Shown here: positions 47,524 to 57,887 of the stretch, piece after piece
Layout: each line of letters begins with the position of its first letter
Numbering within the stretch: the first letter of the stretch is position 1
Origin: an uncultured Verrucomicrobiota bacterium
Lineage (GTDB): Bacteria > Verrucomicrobiota > Kiritimatiellia > JAAZAB01
Assembly (NCBI GenBank): GCA_964617825.1
Contig: CAZTWL010000004.1
Coordinates: 7,546-71,545, forward strand
Reading direction: 5' to 3'
DNA: 64,000 nt
The notes under the pieces: generated by a model
Seen by the model: only the letters and a program-made list of their open reading frames with translations
Told to the model about the DNA's origin: nothing
The model's database searches: none
Translations under genes and position numbers: made by a program

Positions 47524-47606
47524 TGCCTATGGGTGGTGGGGGATGGATTCGAACCATCGAAGGCGTTAGCCAACAGATTTACAGTCTGCCCCGGTTGGCC
47601 ACTTCG
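47524..47606 (-). tRNA. tRNA-Tyr (anticodon GTA), long variable arm
   Basis: Hand-folded: acceptor GGTGGGG/CCCCACC, anticodon loop CTGTAAA, T-arm GATGGTTCGAATCCATC, discriminator A. The CCA is not fully encoded. Confidence 0.85.
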
Positions 47607-47864
47607 GTACCCCACCTGGAAAAGAAATCTTCCAGCCAACAAACTTGTGCATTCTGTCGGTTTGGCTCCGAAATGCAAGCATAAATTGCTGGCTATCGCC
47701 CTACCGTTATAAAAAGCTTGATGGCATTGGCAAAGATGATACTAGCTATGTTCGACAATCCAATTGATGCTCCGGCGATTGGCGGCAGGATATGTTGTTT
47801 GGCAATAAGGATTGCTTCCGTTCCAAATGGGCTTATTTGCAAAATCATTAAAAGGAGCTCTTCG

Positions 47865-50114
47865 ATGGAAAAGAGACAACCGCTCAACGAACAACCGTTC
47901 TACAACCACCAGCTGGACCGCTATTTTGAGCCACCCGAACCCGGAATTCGTGACTGGCGGAACAAGGTTTATCTGCCGCCCAATCTTGAAGTTTGCATCG
48001 AAGGGCCAAGCGCAAACGGAATCGAGCATGCCGGCCTCTTACTTAAACGCTACTTGAAAAAATTCAACCGTTGGCAGGCGCCGAGCGGCGTGGCGCGGAT
48101 CAAATACATCCGCATAGCCCATGGCGGCCCCGATCCGCTGTTCGGGCGCGTTCCGAACGAGCAATTTACCTTCGAGGTGGATGACGAGAAAGTTCAGATC
48201 CAGGCAAAGACTGTTCGCGGCGCCATTGCGGGCATCGTGAACCTGATTCACCGTCTTGAGCTCGAACGGTCTCCCGGTCTCACAAAGGGAAATAGCTCGC
48301 TTCGCCCCCGCTTTGCGCGCCGGATTCTTCCCGGTGTTTTTGGGAACTCTTTTGTCGACTTCAATGCGCGGAACGAACCGGATGAGCGCGCTTTCGATCT
48401 GGAGCTTCTCAGCGGCGCCAACACCGTAATGACCACCCTGGATCTGGCATTATTGGATGACGGTCGCGTCCTGCGCGAGCTTGGGAATAAAGCCAACATT
48501 GAGCGCCGTGAATACCTGGCAAGGATGGCCGATCGCATCGGCAAACATGGATTAGACCTTGCGGGCAACTGCTATACGCCGCGGCTTGCTGCAAACCATG
48601 CGCTTTGGACAAAACACCCGGAAATGCGCGGATCGTATTGCAAGAAATCGTTTTATATCATGTGTTGCAGCCATCCGGGATCAATAGCGGCGCTGGGAAA
48701 ATCCTGGGCCAACCTGGCTGAGGACATCCCCCAGTTGGCTACCATGATTTGGATTGTCGGCGGCGAAGGATTTTACCACTGCCATATGCATCCCAAAACC
48801 AGCATCATTTGTTCCCGCTGCATGCGAAAGGATCCCGAGCAGACGATAGCCCGCTTTATAAACCGGTTGGCTCTTTTTGTGCATCAGGCACGCGACCGCA
48901 TGGAAATTATTGCCTGGCCTTACAGCGGATATGGTTGGACCAGGGATGCCGAATGCAAGGATTTGATCAACGGCTTGGATCCCGAGCAAGTCGCCTTCAT
49001 CACCTGTCCCGAAAAAGACTCTTTGTTCAATCGCGGGGAACACGACATCAATGCCTGGGACTACAGTATTTCCTGCATAGGTCCCGGGCCGCGCTTTCAG
49101 ACCCAGGAACGCCTCTGCCGCAAACGCAGTATTCCTTTTTACATCAAGACCGAGACTTCCTTAGGTTTCGAATTCCAGCACGTCCCGTTCATTCCCGTTA
49201 TGCAAAGCTGGCAGAAACGGTGGAACCTTGTAAGGAAAGCCCGTCCTAAAGGAATTATTATGGCATGGGGAAAAGAATCGGGAGCGGCAACCATGGACTT
49301 GGGGTATTGGGCCGGCTTGACTTCGGACAAGGAATTTAAATCCATTCTGAAATGCGTGGCGCAAGCACGCTTTGGTGACCGTTGTGTCGGGCTAATCCTT
49401 CAGGGCTGGAGGTGTTTTTCGCGTTCCATGCAGGCCTACCCGCTCGTGGCCCCCTTCTACAGTGCCGGTCCGGCTTTTCTCGGTCCGGCGCACCCGATTT
49501 CCCTTGATCCAGGTTCGCATTTGGATCCACTGTATGAAATACGTTATTCCTGGGCCACGGAAGATTATCCCGCCGGAACACCGGTGGAAGAAACGCCGAA
49601 ACATTACTGTTCGCTAACGAATCTGGAAATGTTTATCGCGCACATGTTGCCGCACAATCTGGACGATGCCAAGGATGCCATCCTCCTGCGGGCAATGAGA
49701 AAGGCGGAACGATATTGGCGCGCCGGGATTCGCTGCCTCGATCGGGCGCGTCCCTTGATTACCGGGGAAAGAGAACGAAAGGATTTTAACAGGGAGGAGG
49801 CGGTCGCGCGTTGGATCTGGATGACGCTCGTAACCAGCGTCAACTTCATCGAAGTGACTCGATTGCGCGATCCCCTCACGGGTTGGCGCAAGCTCTGTGA
49901 AGCCTATCGCCCAACCCTGATGCGTCGCTTGAAGACAAAATGCAACCGGATTCTTTCATCGGAAGAAAAAAACACGTTGGCCGCCTTGTCCCTTATTAGG
50001 CGCGTGCCGGAACTTGACCTGGGGCGCAGGCGCGGCGCGTTCATTGCGCCAATCGAAGAAATGCTGATCCACAAATTGAGATTAATCAGAAAGGATCTCG
50101 ATGCCTTGAATTAG
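47865..50114 (+). CDS. Large hypothetical protein (749 aa, Cys/Trp/His-rich, no assignable domain)
   Basis: aaaggag RBS 8 nt before the ATG, and a long clean ORF. No motif could be assigned by eye. Confidence 0.5.
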   Translation: MEKRQPLNEQPFYNHQLDRYFEPPEPGIRDWRNKVYLPPNLEVCIEGPSANGIEHAGLLLKRYLKKFNRWQAPSGVARIKYIRIAHGGPDPLFGRVPNEQFTFEVDDEKVQIQAKTVRGAIAGIVNLIHRLELERSPGLTKGNSSLRPRFARRILPGVFGNSFVDFNARNEPDERAFDLELLSGANTVMTTLDLALLDDGRVLRELGNKANIERREYLARMADRIGKHGLDLAGNCYTPRLAANHALWTKHPEMRGSYCKKSFYIMCCSHPGSIAALGKSWANLAEDIPQLATMIWIVGGEGFYHCHMHPKTSIICSRCMRKDPEQTIARFINRLALFVHQARDRMEIIAWPYSGYGWTRDAECKDLINGLDPEQVAFITCPEKDSLFNRGEHDINAWDYSISCIGPGPRFQTQERLCRKRSIPFYIKTETSLGFEFQHVPFIPVMQSWQKRWNLVRKARPKGIIMAWGKESGAATMDLGYWAGLTSDKEFKSILKCVAQARFGDRCVGLILQGWRCFSRSMQAYPLVAPFYSAGPAFLGPAHPISLDPGSHLDPLYEIRYSWATEDYPAGTPVEETPKHYCSLTNLEMFIAHMLPHNLDDAKDAILLRAMRKAERYWRAGIRCLDRARPLITGERERKDFNREEAVARWIWMTLVTSVNFIEVTRLRDPLTGWRKLCEAYRPTLMRRLKTKCNRILSSEEKNTLAALSLIRRVPELDLGRRRGAFIAPIEEMLIHKLRLIRKDLDALN

Positions 50115-50186
50115 CCCCCCTGTATGTACGGTATTTATTCGATCGACGGGAGCTTGCTCGTCAATGGAAACAGCGCGAAAGCAGCG

Positions 50187-50546
50187 CTAAGCTCTTGGTT
50201 TCGCGCCCCATGTTGCCGCCGCATCCGTGATGATCCCATAAAAAACACCAAAGATTAAAAGCATGGCGGCTCCGAATATACTGCCGTGGCTATAGGGCAC
50301 AATGGCAAGCATTAGGCTGAAAATCAATCCGAGAATTCCGCCTCTTAGCGCCCAATGCAGACAAATGCGATCAGCAAGGCCGATCGTAAAACTTTGCAGT
50401 ACCCGACCGTAAAATATGATTGCCACAAACCAAAGTTCCGGCTTAACGTTCGGCGGTGGATTGAAAAGCGCGCTTCCGGCACAATACCCGCCGGTAATTA
50501 CACCGACAATCAGAGCAATCGCTACTCTTTTTTTTATGTTGCTCAT
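50187..50546 (-). CDS. Small integral membrane protein (hypothetical, 4 TM)
   Basis: Hydrophobic segments. The internal ATG at 50546 is preferred over the longer ORF. Confidence 0.4.
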   Translation of the reverse strand: MSNIKKRVAIALIVGVITGGYCAGSALFNPPPNVKPELWFVAIIFYGRVLQSFTIGLADRICLHWALRGGILGLIFSLMLAIVPYSHGSIFGAAMLLIFGVFYGIITDAAATWGAKPRA

Positions 50547-50661
50547 CTTGATTCCTCTTTTGCCATCATCCCAGCCTGGATGACAACATATTCCGCAGTC
50601 AGCAAGGATGGGAGCAGCCATTGGCAATCCGACAATCTGGAGCCTGAAGTTCTACAGACGA

Positions 50662-52536
50662 CTATGGATCCCAGTGCCTAATACAATCGATGCCGTATAC
50701 CATGACTTTCCCCGATCCGCCGAAATGCACCCGCGGTTCGATATCCGACAGCTCGGAAAGAACAAAAGAAATAGCTGCGCTTTCTCGCGGATGCGTGCCC
50801 CAAACCATGCGCTGTCCAAGAACGACATCATTATCACAACGCACGACATCCACCGTCACCGGCGCATTGGAACTGCAACCGACGGTAGCCAAATCGAAAT
50901 GCATTTCATATCTGCCGGGCCACCACCTGAACTTGGTTTTTGCCACCATCCAATGGGCTTCATCCTTCAGTTCGCGCGCAACCCGAACCGGCAGGCCGGA
51001 AAACAGGTCGGTTTCATCTCTCCCCGTGTAGTTACCCAGGCCAACAACCTGCACATAAGCACGGGACGGATTTGCCAAATTTACCGGTTGCAAGCGGTCT
51101 TCATCACCGCCGCGGATCATCCACAAACTATGCGTTGGAAATGCGGCCGCCACTTTGCGCTCACATCCAAGTTCATGGCGCAGAACGATCGGATTGCTGT
51201 TGGTGCCCAGGGGATTGAAGACTGATTTCATCCCGCTCCTGTAGTCAATCGTGATTTGATTCAACAAAACAACCGAACGTTCCGGCGCCCGGGAAAGAGT
51301 GGTCTGAATACGCGCTTCATATCGGCGATCGGCAGTCAGCTTGCCGCCTTCTACGCGCATGAAAGCGATGGACAGCCCCACCATGGCGATCGCGGCCAGG
51401 CCCACGACGACCTGACGGTGTCGCGACCACAGCGTGCCCCAGCGCCACAACCGATCTATTCCGAAGGCGGCGCCCAGCACAAGCAGGGGGAAAGTTTCAT
51501 AATAGTAATAAGGGCCGATATTATCCACGGTATTGGCATAAAAGATTATATAGCCCAACCACACCGCAAGCGTTCCGCCCAAAAATAAAGGAGTCCATTT
51601 GTTACGCCAGCCGACACACAACAGTCCGGCAGCGAGCGCCAGCGATCCGGGGAACCCCCACATCCAGCGGTTAAGGAGGCATACACTGCGGTAAAGATGC
51701 GCAACACCCATTTGCCAGGTATGATATACGGTGGGTCCGGAGGAACGGCGGGGACCAAATCCCAACGCGTCGTGGGGATCGTAAAACAAATAGGTAGCCA
51801 GGAACGGATCACCGGTAATCAATGCGTTATAGAGCAGGAAAAGCAGCGCGCCCAATCCGGCAATTCCTGCAAACAGCGCGCAACCGATCCATGCACTTCG
51901 GTCGCGTTTCACCCACAAATGGATCAGCGCGGCCAGGCCGAATGGAATGGCTAGCAATGTCGCCGTATACGGGCGGATTAGATAGAGCCAACTCCACCCT
52001 ACTCCGGCCCAGGCCGCATATTTAACCTGGCTTGTGGTCATCCATGTCACCACACCCCAGATCATCAGACAGGTCATCGCGAATCCACTGGTATGACTGA
52101 GCAAGGTTCCCTGCATGAAAAGAAACCACGGGGAAACCAGTGTGATAAAACCAACCAACAACACCGGCAATCGCAATCGAAGTCCGGCCCCGGTTAACCA
52201 CCAGATGCCTAAAGCGGCAGCAAGCGAACTCATCAGGCGGGGCACGCCTACCGCAACGCCGGGGATCAACCAAAGAGAATGTCCGGGAGAATACCGGGAA
52301 ACCCACCCGGTCCCCTCACGCAGAATGATCATTTCATGATCGAATAGATGTGCCAAGGGCGGCAACGGGCGCGCCAAAGCGCCCTCCAGAAAAATTCGCG
52401 CTTGGAACAGGTAGCTGTTCTCGTCCGTGGTGAAAGGCGAATCGAGGAACACAACCCGTCCGATAATAAAAGGCACAATCCCGGCCAGAAGAGCCAAAAA
52501 AAAGCGTGTGGTCAAATCGCGCTTTAACCAGGACAT
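50662..52536 (-). CDS. GT-C fold glycosyltransferase (ArnT/PMT, GT39/GT83-like)
   Basis: About 11 TM helices in the N-terminal half, a DE motif in the first periplasmic loop (FTTDENSY), and a large C-terminal periplasmic domain. Confidence 0.65.
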   Translation of the reverse strand: MSWLKRDLTTRFFLALLAGIVPFIIGRVVFLDSPFTTDENSYLFQARIFLEGALARPLPPLAHLFDHEMIILREGTGWVSRYSPGHSLWLIPGVAVGVPRLMSSLAAALGIWWLTGAGLRLRLPVLLVGFITLVSPWFLFMQGTLLSHTSGFAMTCLMIWGVVTWMTTSQVKYAAWAGVGWSWLYLIRPYTATLLAIPFGLAALIHLWVKRDRSAWIGCALFAGIAGLGALLFLLYNALITGDPFLATYLFYDPHDALGFGPRRSSGPTVYHTWQMGVAHLYRSVCLLNRWMWGFPGSLALAAGLLCVGWRNKWTPLFLGGTLAVWLGYIIFYANTVDNIGPYYYYETFPLLVLGAAFGIDRLWRWGTLWSRHRQVVVGLAAIAMVGLSIAFMRVEGGKLTADRRYEARIQTTLSRAPERSVVLLNQITIDYRSGMKSVFNPLGTNSNPIVLRHELGCERKVAAAFPTHSLWMIRGGDEDRLQPVNLANPSRAYVQVVGLGNYTGRDETDLFSGLPVRVARELKDEAHWMVAKTKFRWWPGRYEMHFDLATVGCSSNAPVTVDVVRCDNDVVLGQRMVWGTHPRESAAISFVLSELSDIEPRVHFGGSGKVMVYGIDCIRHWDP

Positions 52537-52617
52537 AAAAAAAACCTCTACAACAGCCGTTTTTCAAGCGATGCCAGTTTCCGGATTTGACCATCCTGAA
52601 TTCGTACGCCGCATGGC

Positions 52618-53598
52618 TCAGCGAAGTTGCCTCTGCGACAAAATCCACGGATCGAACAGGCGGTCGAAATTCGGCAGATCAACAAAGAGCAGGATAACGC
52701 AGGCAATGCAGGCCGCCAGAATGATCAGCACCAGCTTTTTTTCGCGGTAGAGCAATTCGGGATATTGCACGGTAATCGCCGGTTTGTAGGCCAAGTGCAG
52801 ATAATACGACATGGCCAGGGCCACCAACGGCGCGGCCAGGACTAGTTCGAATCGGTAGCGGGCGATAAAAAAACCGCTCATCAGGGCAAATAAGGTCACA
52901 TAAAACAGAATGCTTTCGATCAAACTCTCTTCCGTGTACCGCATAAAAGACTTGCGATAGCAGGCAGCTTTCTGGACATTGCCGATCATGCGATATTCGG
53001 CAAACCGTTTGGCCGCCATCAAGAAGGCCCCAAACATCCAATAGGCCACAAACATCGAAAGCGGCGGCGCGGAACCCAGTCCCGTGGCATACCAGCCCAG
53101 GGCCAGCCGCAACGGATTGTTGAGCGATTCGCTCAGCACGTCGCAATAGGGAATATCCTTGAGCCGGATCGGCGGGATGTTGTATAGAATTCCGGCCACC
53201 CAGAACAAAAAACCAACAATGCCAAATCGAATATTCAACAAAAATCCCGCTGACACTCCAGCCAAGCTGACGGCAACCCAGAGGACCCAAGCCAGGGAAA
53301 TCCGCGCAGTTCCCGTCACCAGAGGTCGGTTGTGTTTGACGGGATGATGCCGGTCGCTCTCGGCATCGAGGATTTCGTTGAACACATAATTACTCGAGGC
53401 AATCAAGCAGGCCGCCGCAAAGCCCAACGCTAAAGACCATATGGTCGGCCAGCCAAGCAGATCGGGCCTAAAGTATAAAGCCAGAACGATACCGGGCAGC
53501 ATAAACACGTTCTTGAACCAGTTGTCGGGTCGCAACAGGCGCAGGTAGGGCATCCAACGATTCATTCCAAGCGTCCTCTTATTTGTTTTTTGGCGCAA
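52618..53598 (-). CDS. UbiA-family prenyltransferase, decaprenyl-phosphate phosphoribosyltransferase (DPPR synthase)-like
   Basis: LRPDNWFKNVFML N-terminus and the NEILDAESDRHHPVKHNRPL motif closely parallel the Rv3806c-type IRPRQWVKNVLVL / NDVRDVEADREHPTKRFRPI. Eight or nine TM segments. Confidence 0.75.
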   Translation of the reverse strand: MRQKTNKRTLGMNRWMPYLRLLRPDNWFKNVFMLPGIVLALYFRPDLLGWPTIWSLALGFAAACLIASSNYVFNEILDAESDRHHPVKHNRPLVTGTARISLAWVLWVAVSLAGVSAGFLLNIRFGIVGFLFWVAGILYNIPPIRLKDIPYCDVLSESLNNPLRLALGWYATGLGSAPPLSMFVAYWMFGAFLMAAKRFAEYRMIGNVQKAACYRKSFMRYTEESLIESILFYVTLFALMSGFFIARYRFELVLAAPLVALAMSYYLHLAYKPAITVQYPELLYREKKLVLIILAACIACVILLFVDLPNFDRLFDPWILSQRQLR

Positions 53599-54055
53599 TG
53601 CTGCCGGTCAATGCCCGAAGGCGATCGATTATCACGTATCGCCTGTTGCTTTGTGACAGCAAATTCATCCCTCCCCTGCTATCAGAAAATAAAAAAATAT
53701 CAGGTCATCGGATGGAGTCAAGCAGAGATAATAAAAAAACACGCACACCCGGCAATTTACGGCAGGTTATGAGTTGGCAATTAACATGCGTCTAATTTGC
53801 CGTCACCAACAATGATCAGATCGGCAAGGCGCGAGCTTGAAGGCGGCGGCCAGGTCAGATGCTGCCGTGCATCGGCGAGCAGGCCCCTACTTGCATACAT
53901 CGATGACGTGTAAATAACAAGTGAGGAAGAAGTCCCTTGCAAGCTGCGGCATCAGGGCATGCAATCCAAACTCTCGGCATCTGTCCGGCCTTAGTCAAGG
54001 TTTTGAGTGCGCAATAAGTGTTGTCTGATTGAATTCCTTGGACTATATTTTGCCC

Positions 54056-55684
54056 ATGAACACTGACGAACCCAAAACCCCGCTGGACGACTGGCAAAAG
54101 CAATTTCAGGATATCCTGCGCCAAGCGCACGCCAACCCGATGTTTGACAACACCCCGGCGTCCGCAGCGGGCGACAAAGGAGACTCCAAATCGCCCGACG
54201 ATAATGCCGCCACGAAGGATAAGCTCCGGCGAATCCGCGAATTCAACCTGAAGCCGCGCGATATCCGGGACTATCTCGATCGCTATGTTATCCAACAGTC
54301 TGAGGCCAAGAAGGTGCTTTCCGTGGCCATCTGCGACCATTACAACCACGTGCGTCAATGCCTGGAAACACCCGCCCTGCGCGATCACGATTATGCCAAA
54401 CAAAACATCATTTTGCTTGGCCCAACCGGTGTGGGCAAGACCTACCTTATGCGCTGTGTCGCCAAGTTGATCGGCGTGCCCTTCGTCAAGTCCGATGCCA
54501 CCAAGTTTTCAGAAACCGGCTATGTCGGGCATGATGTCGAGGATTTGGTCAGGGACTTGGCGCGCGCCGCCGACGGCAACGTTGACTTGGCCCAATATGG
54601 AATTATTTACATCGACGAAATCGATAAAATCGCCGGGCAAGCCGGCTCATATGGCCGCGACGTTTCCGGCCGCGGAGTGCAGGTCAACCTCCTTAAACTC
54701 ATGGAGGAAACCGACGTCAGCCTGCAAAGCCAAACCGATTTGCTCGGGCAAATGGAAGCCATCATGCAATTGCAGCGCAGCGGTCAGCCGCCACGGCGCA
54801 CGCTCAATACGCGCCACATTCTTTTCATTGTCAGCGGCGCTTTCGACCGCCTGGCGGAACGCGTAAAAAAACGGGTCAGCGTCGCGCCCATAGGATTCAG
54901 CCAGGCCGCCAAAACCCCTCAGGCCGACAATGAATACCTGAAATTGGCCGAAACCCGCGATTTTATCGATTTCGGGTTCGAGCCGGAATTCATCGGGCGT
55001 CTCCCCGTCCGCGTCACCTGCGACGCGCTCACCGCCGCCGATCTCCAGCAAATCATGCTGACCTCGGAGGACAGTATTCTGGCGCAATACCGGCAGGATT
55101 TTAACGGCTATGGCATCGACTTGACGATAACCAAGGAGGCCATCGCTGAAATCGCCACGCGGGCCATTAAGGAACAGACCGGCGCACGCGGCCTGATGAC
55201 CGTGATGGAGCAGGTCTTCCGCAATTTCAAGTTCCAATTGCCCTCGACCGCCGTGAAAAATTTCGAAGCCGATTCCAACACCATCACGGACCCGACCGGC
55301 GCGCTCAAGAGTTTGCTTCGCAAGAACCAGCGTTCCCAGCGCGCACTGCTGAAAACGGAGGTGGCCGCCTTCGCGCAGCGCTTCAAGGAGGAACACGCCC
55401 TGGATCTAGTTTTCAACGACGAGGCCGTCGACCTGCTTGTCGAACTGAGCACCACGCAAGACAAAACGATGCGCACGATTTTCAGCGAAAAATTCAGGGA
55501 CTTCCAGCACGGCTTGAAACTGATCGCCAAAAATACCGGCAGGACCACGTTCGAAATTACGCGGGACATCGTCGAAGCGCCCGACAAAGAGCTTTCCCGG
55601 CTGGTTGTGGAAAGTTTCCAAAAGGCGCCGGAAGACCGCAGCAAGCCGGCAACAAACGGCAAGCAACAACCCGCGGACAGCTGA
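54056..55684 (+). CDS. ClpX-like AAA+ unfoldase lacking the N-terminal zinc-binding domain, with N- and C-terminal extensions
   Basis: [10 protein letters not shown] Walker A, GYVGHDVE pore loop, IIYIDEIDK Walker [14 protein letters not shown] (IGF-like loop) and the TGARGLMTV sensor. No C4 zinc finger. About 130 extra C-terminal residues. Confidence 0.8.
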   Translation: MNTDEPKTPLDDWQKQFQDILRQAHANPMFDNTPASAAGDKGDSKSPDDNAATKDKLRRIREFNLKPRDIRDYLDRYVIQQSEAKKVLSVAICDHYNHVRQCLETPALRDHDYAKQNIILLGPTGVGKTYLMRCVAKLIGVPFVKSDATKFSETGYVGHDVEDLVRDLARAADGNVDLAQYGIIYIDEIDKIAGQAGSYGRDVSGRGVQVNLLKLMEETDVSLQSQTDLLGQMEAIMQLQRSGQPPRRTLNTRHILFIVSGAFDRLAERVKKRVSVAPIGFSQAAKTPQADNEYLKLAETRDFIDFGFEPEFIGRLPVRVTCDALTAADLQQIMLTSEDSILAQYRQDFNGYGIDLTITKEAIAEIATRAIKEQTGARGLMTVMEQVFRNFKFQLPSTAVKNFEADSNTITDPTGALKSLLRKNQRSQRALLKTEVAAFAQRFKEEHALDLVFNDEAVDLLVELSTTQDKTMRTIFSEKFRDFQHGLKLIAKNTGRTTFEITRDIVEAPDKELSRLVVESFQKAPEDRSKPATNGKQQPADS

Positions 55685-56380
55685 TCAGATTTTGACGGCC
55701 GGCCGTCGCCGCAAGGCCGGGTCGGCTACATGGCAGGCCGCGAATGCCGCTTGGCGTTCCACGCAAGAAGGGCACACGCCGCACGGTTGATCTTCCCCGC
55801 GATAGCAACTCCATGTCTCGGCATAATTAACGCCTAGGTCCAGGCCAATTTTTACAACCTCACTCTTGGACATAAGCATAAAAGGGGCATGCAACCTGAC
55901 AGCCTGACGGCGATTAAGGCTCAAAACGGCATTCATCCGCTCAAGAAAAGTCTGCGTGCAATCCCAGTAACCGTAGCGGTCTTGAGTTTGCGCGCCGTAA
56001 AAAACATCGGCTACCCCCCGGGCCTCGGCAAAGGCAGCGGCCAAAGCCAGAAAAAGCATATTGCGATTGGGCACATAGGTCGGCGGCTGGTCAAGCTGGT
56101 TTGGCGCCAATGAGTCCAGCGCCGGAACCGGCATGGTCAGATCGGTCAAAGCCGACGCGCCGGCAACCAGTTCGCCGAAAAACGAGAGATCCACCTGTCG
56201 GTGCTCCCTGACTTTCGCGGTGCGCGCCTGGGCGACGGCACAGGCGGTTTCACGCGCATGCTTCTGGCCATAACTAATCGTCAAGGCATAGAGCGGCCGA
56301 GCATCCGGCTTGCTGTTGACGTAATGAAGCAAGGTGGAGGAATCCAGCCCGCCACTTAATAAAATTAACGCGCTATTCAT
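55685..56380 (-). CDS. queC: 7-cyano-7-deazaguanine synthase QueC
   Basis: LSGGLDSST PP-loop, YGQKHARE, and a C-terminal CGVCPSC zinc motif. Confidence 0.9.
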   Translation of the reverse strand: MNSALILLSGGLDSSTLLHYVNSKPDARPLYALTISYGQKHARETACAVAQARTAKVREHRQVDLSFFGELVAGASALTDLTMPVPALDSLAPNQLDQPPTYVPNRNMLFLALAAAFAEARGVADVFYGAQTQDRYGYWDCTQTFLERMNAVLSLNRRQAVRLHAPFMLMSKSEVVKIGLDLGVNYAETWSCYRGEDQPCGVCPSCVERQAAFAACHVADPALRRRPAVKI

Positions 56381-56624
56381 TTTTCCACCGAACTTCCGTC
56401 GCGGCATCTTCTGTGTACGGACCAACAACCAGGCCCTGGCTTACGCCACCGGTTGAGTCTTTACGACTATTCGAGAACCTGGCGTAGATTGCCGAGTCAA
56501 ACGCCGAGCGTCAAGAAAAACCAATTTTCATCTTGCCGCTTGTCTATGCCTCGTCAGTCTGCAATACTCTGGGCCCGTTGAAAGTTAAGGGCGCCTTGAA
56601 TCCGGGATATTGCAGGAGGAGCTT

Positions 56625-57767
56625 ATGCCATCATTAAAGGTCCTACATCAACTGGCTCAGCAACACGGCACCCCCCTCTTTGTTGTGGATCACAACGAAC
56701 TGCGCCGGAATTATGCCACTTTTAAAAAATATCTGCCGCGTGTCCAGGCCTACTTCGCCGTCAAAGCCAACCCGGATAGCGCCATCGTCAAGACGCTTTA
56801 CGAGGCCGGGGCGAGTTTTGACGTGGCCTCATTGCCGGAATTCATGATCGTGCACGAGTACATCAAGGACCTTCCGGCCAAGCAACGGCAGGACTGGATT
56901 TGGGACAAGATCATCTATGCCAATCCGATCAAAGCCAACGAGACCTTGCAGGCGCTCGATCAATACAAGGCATTGGTAACTTACGACAACTCTGAGGAAA
57001 TCAAAAAAATCAAGCAGTACGCCCCACACTCCGGGCTCTGCCTGCGCCTCAAAGTCGCCAATACCGGCGCAATGGTCGAACTCTCGTCAAAATTTGGCGC
57101 GGCCTCGGGCGAAGCGGTCGACCTGATTCTCGAAGCCGACAAGGCCGGACTGGTTGTCGAAGGACTGAGTTTCCATGTCGGCAGCCAGACCACCAACTTC
57201 GAGAATTTCGTGCAGGCCATCAATCTCGCAGCTAACGTATTCAAAGAAGCGCGCGACCGCGGCTATAACAAGATGAACCTGCTGGATATCGGCGGGGGAT
57301 TCCCCGCGCCTTACGATGCTTCCGTCAAACCGTTCCGTGAACTGGCCCGCAAGATCAACTCCGAACTGGAACGGCTCTTTCCCAAAGACATTCAGATTCT
57401 GGCCGAACCGGGGCGTTTCATGGTGGCGACCGCCGGCACGGCCATATCGAAGATCATTGGCAAGGCCGTGCGCGACGGCAAACTGTGCTATTATATCGAT
57501 GATGGCGTTTATCACACTTTCTCAGGCATCATCTTTGATCATTGCCAATACCATCTGAAGGCTTTCAAAAAGGCCCCTACCCAGATTTGCACCGTATTTG
57601 GGCCTACCTGCGATGCGCTGGATGTGATCTCGATGTCCGAGGAACTTCCTGCCAACCTCGAACGTGGTGACCTGCTTTACAGCCAAAACATAGGCGCCTA
57701 CAGCGTTGCCTCCTCAACCCCGTTCAACGGATTCCCGCCCGCCAAGGTGGTTCACGTCAACCAGTAA
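56625..57767 (+). CDS. Eukaryotic-type ornithine/lysine decarboxylase (fold-III PLP enzyme)
   Basis: caggaggag RBS. FAVKANPDSAIVKTL...GASFDVAS, GGGFP and the FGPTCDALD motif. Confidence 0.8.
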   Translation: MPSLKVLHQLAQQHGTPLFVVDHNELRRNYATFKKYLPRVQAYFAVKANPDSAIVKTLYEAGASFDVASLPEFMIVHEYIKDLPAKQRQDWIWDKIIYANPIKANETLQALDQYKALVTYDNSEEIKKIKQYAPHSGLCLRLKVANTGAMVELSSKFGAASGEAVDLILEADKAGLVVEGLSFHVGSQTTNFENFVQAINLAANVFKEARDRGYNKMNLLDIGGGFPAPYDASVKPFRELARKINSELERLFPKDIQILAEPGRFMVATAGTAISKIIGKAVRDGKLCYYIDDGVYHTFSGIIFDHCQYHLKAFKKAPTQICTVFGPTCDALDVISMSEELPANLERGDLLYSQNIGAYSVASSTPFNGFPPAKVVHVNQ

Positions 57768-57790
57768 CGCCTAGATCGTAAACAACGCGC

Positions 57791-57812
57791 CCTGTCCGTA
57801 TTCCCGGACAGG
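57791..57812 (+). terminator. Stem-loop downstream of the decarboxylase gene (possible terminator)
   Basis: cctgtccg / cggacagg 8-bp stem with a 6-nt loop, followed by aattt. Confidence 0.35.
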
Positions 57813-57887
57813 AATTTGCAATACCTCTTCGCGTGCTGGCCGGAGCAACATGTCCATGAAAACACAATTTATCATGGAGAAAATATG

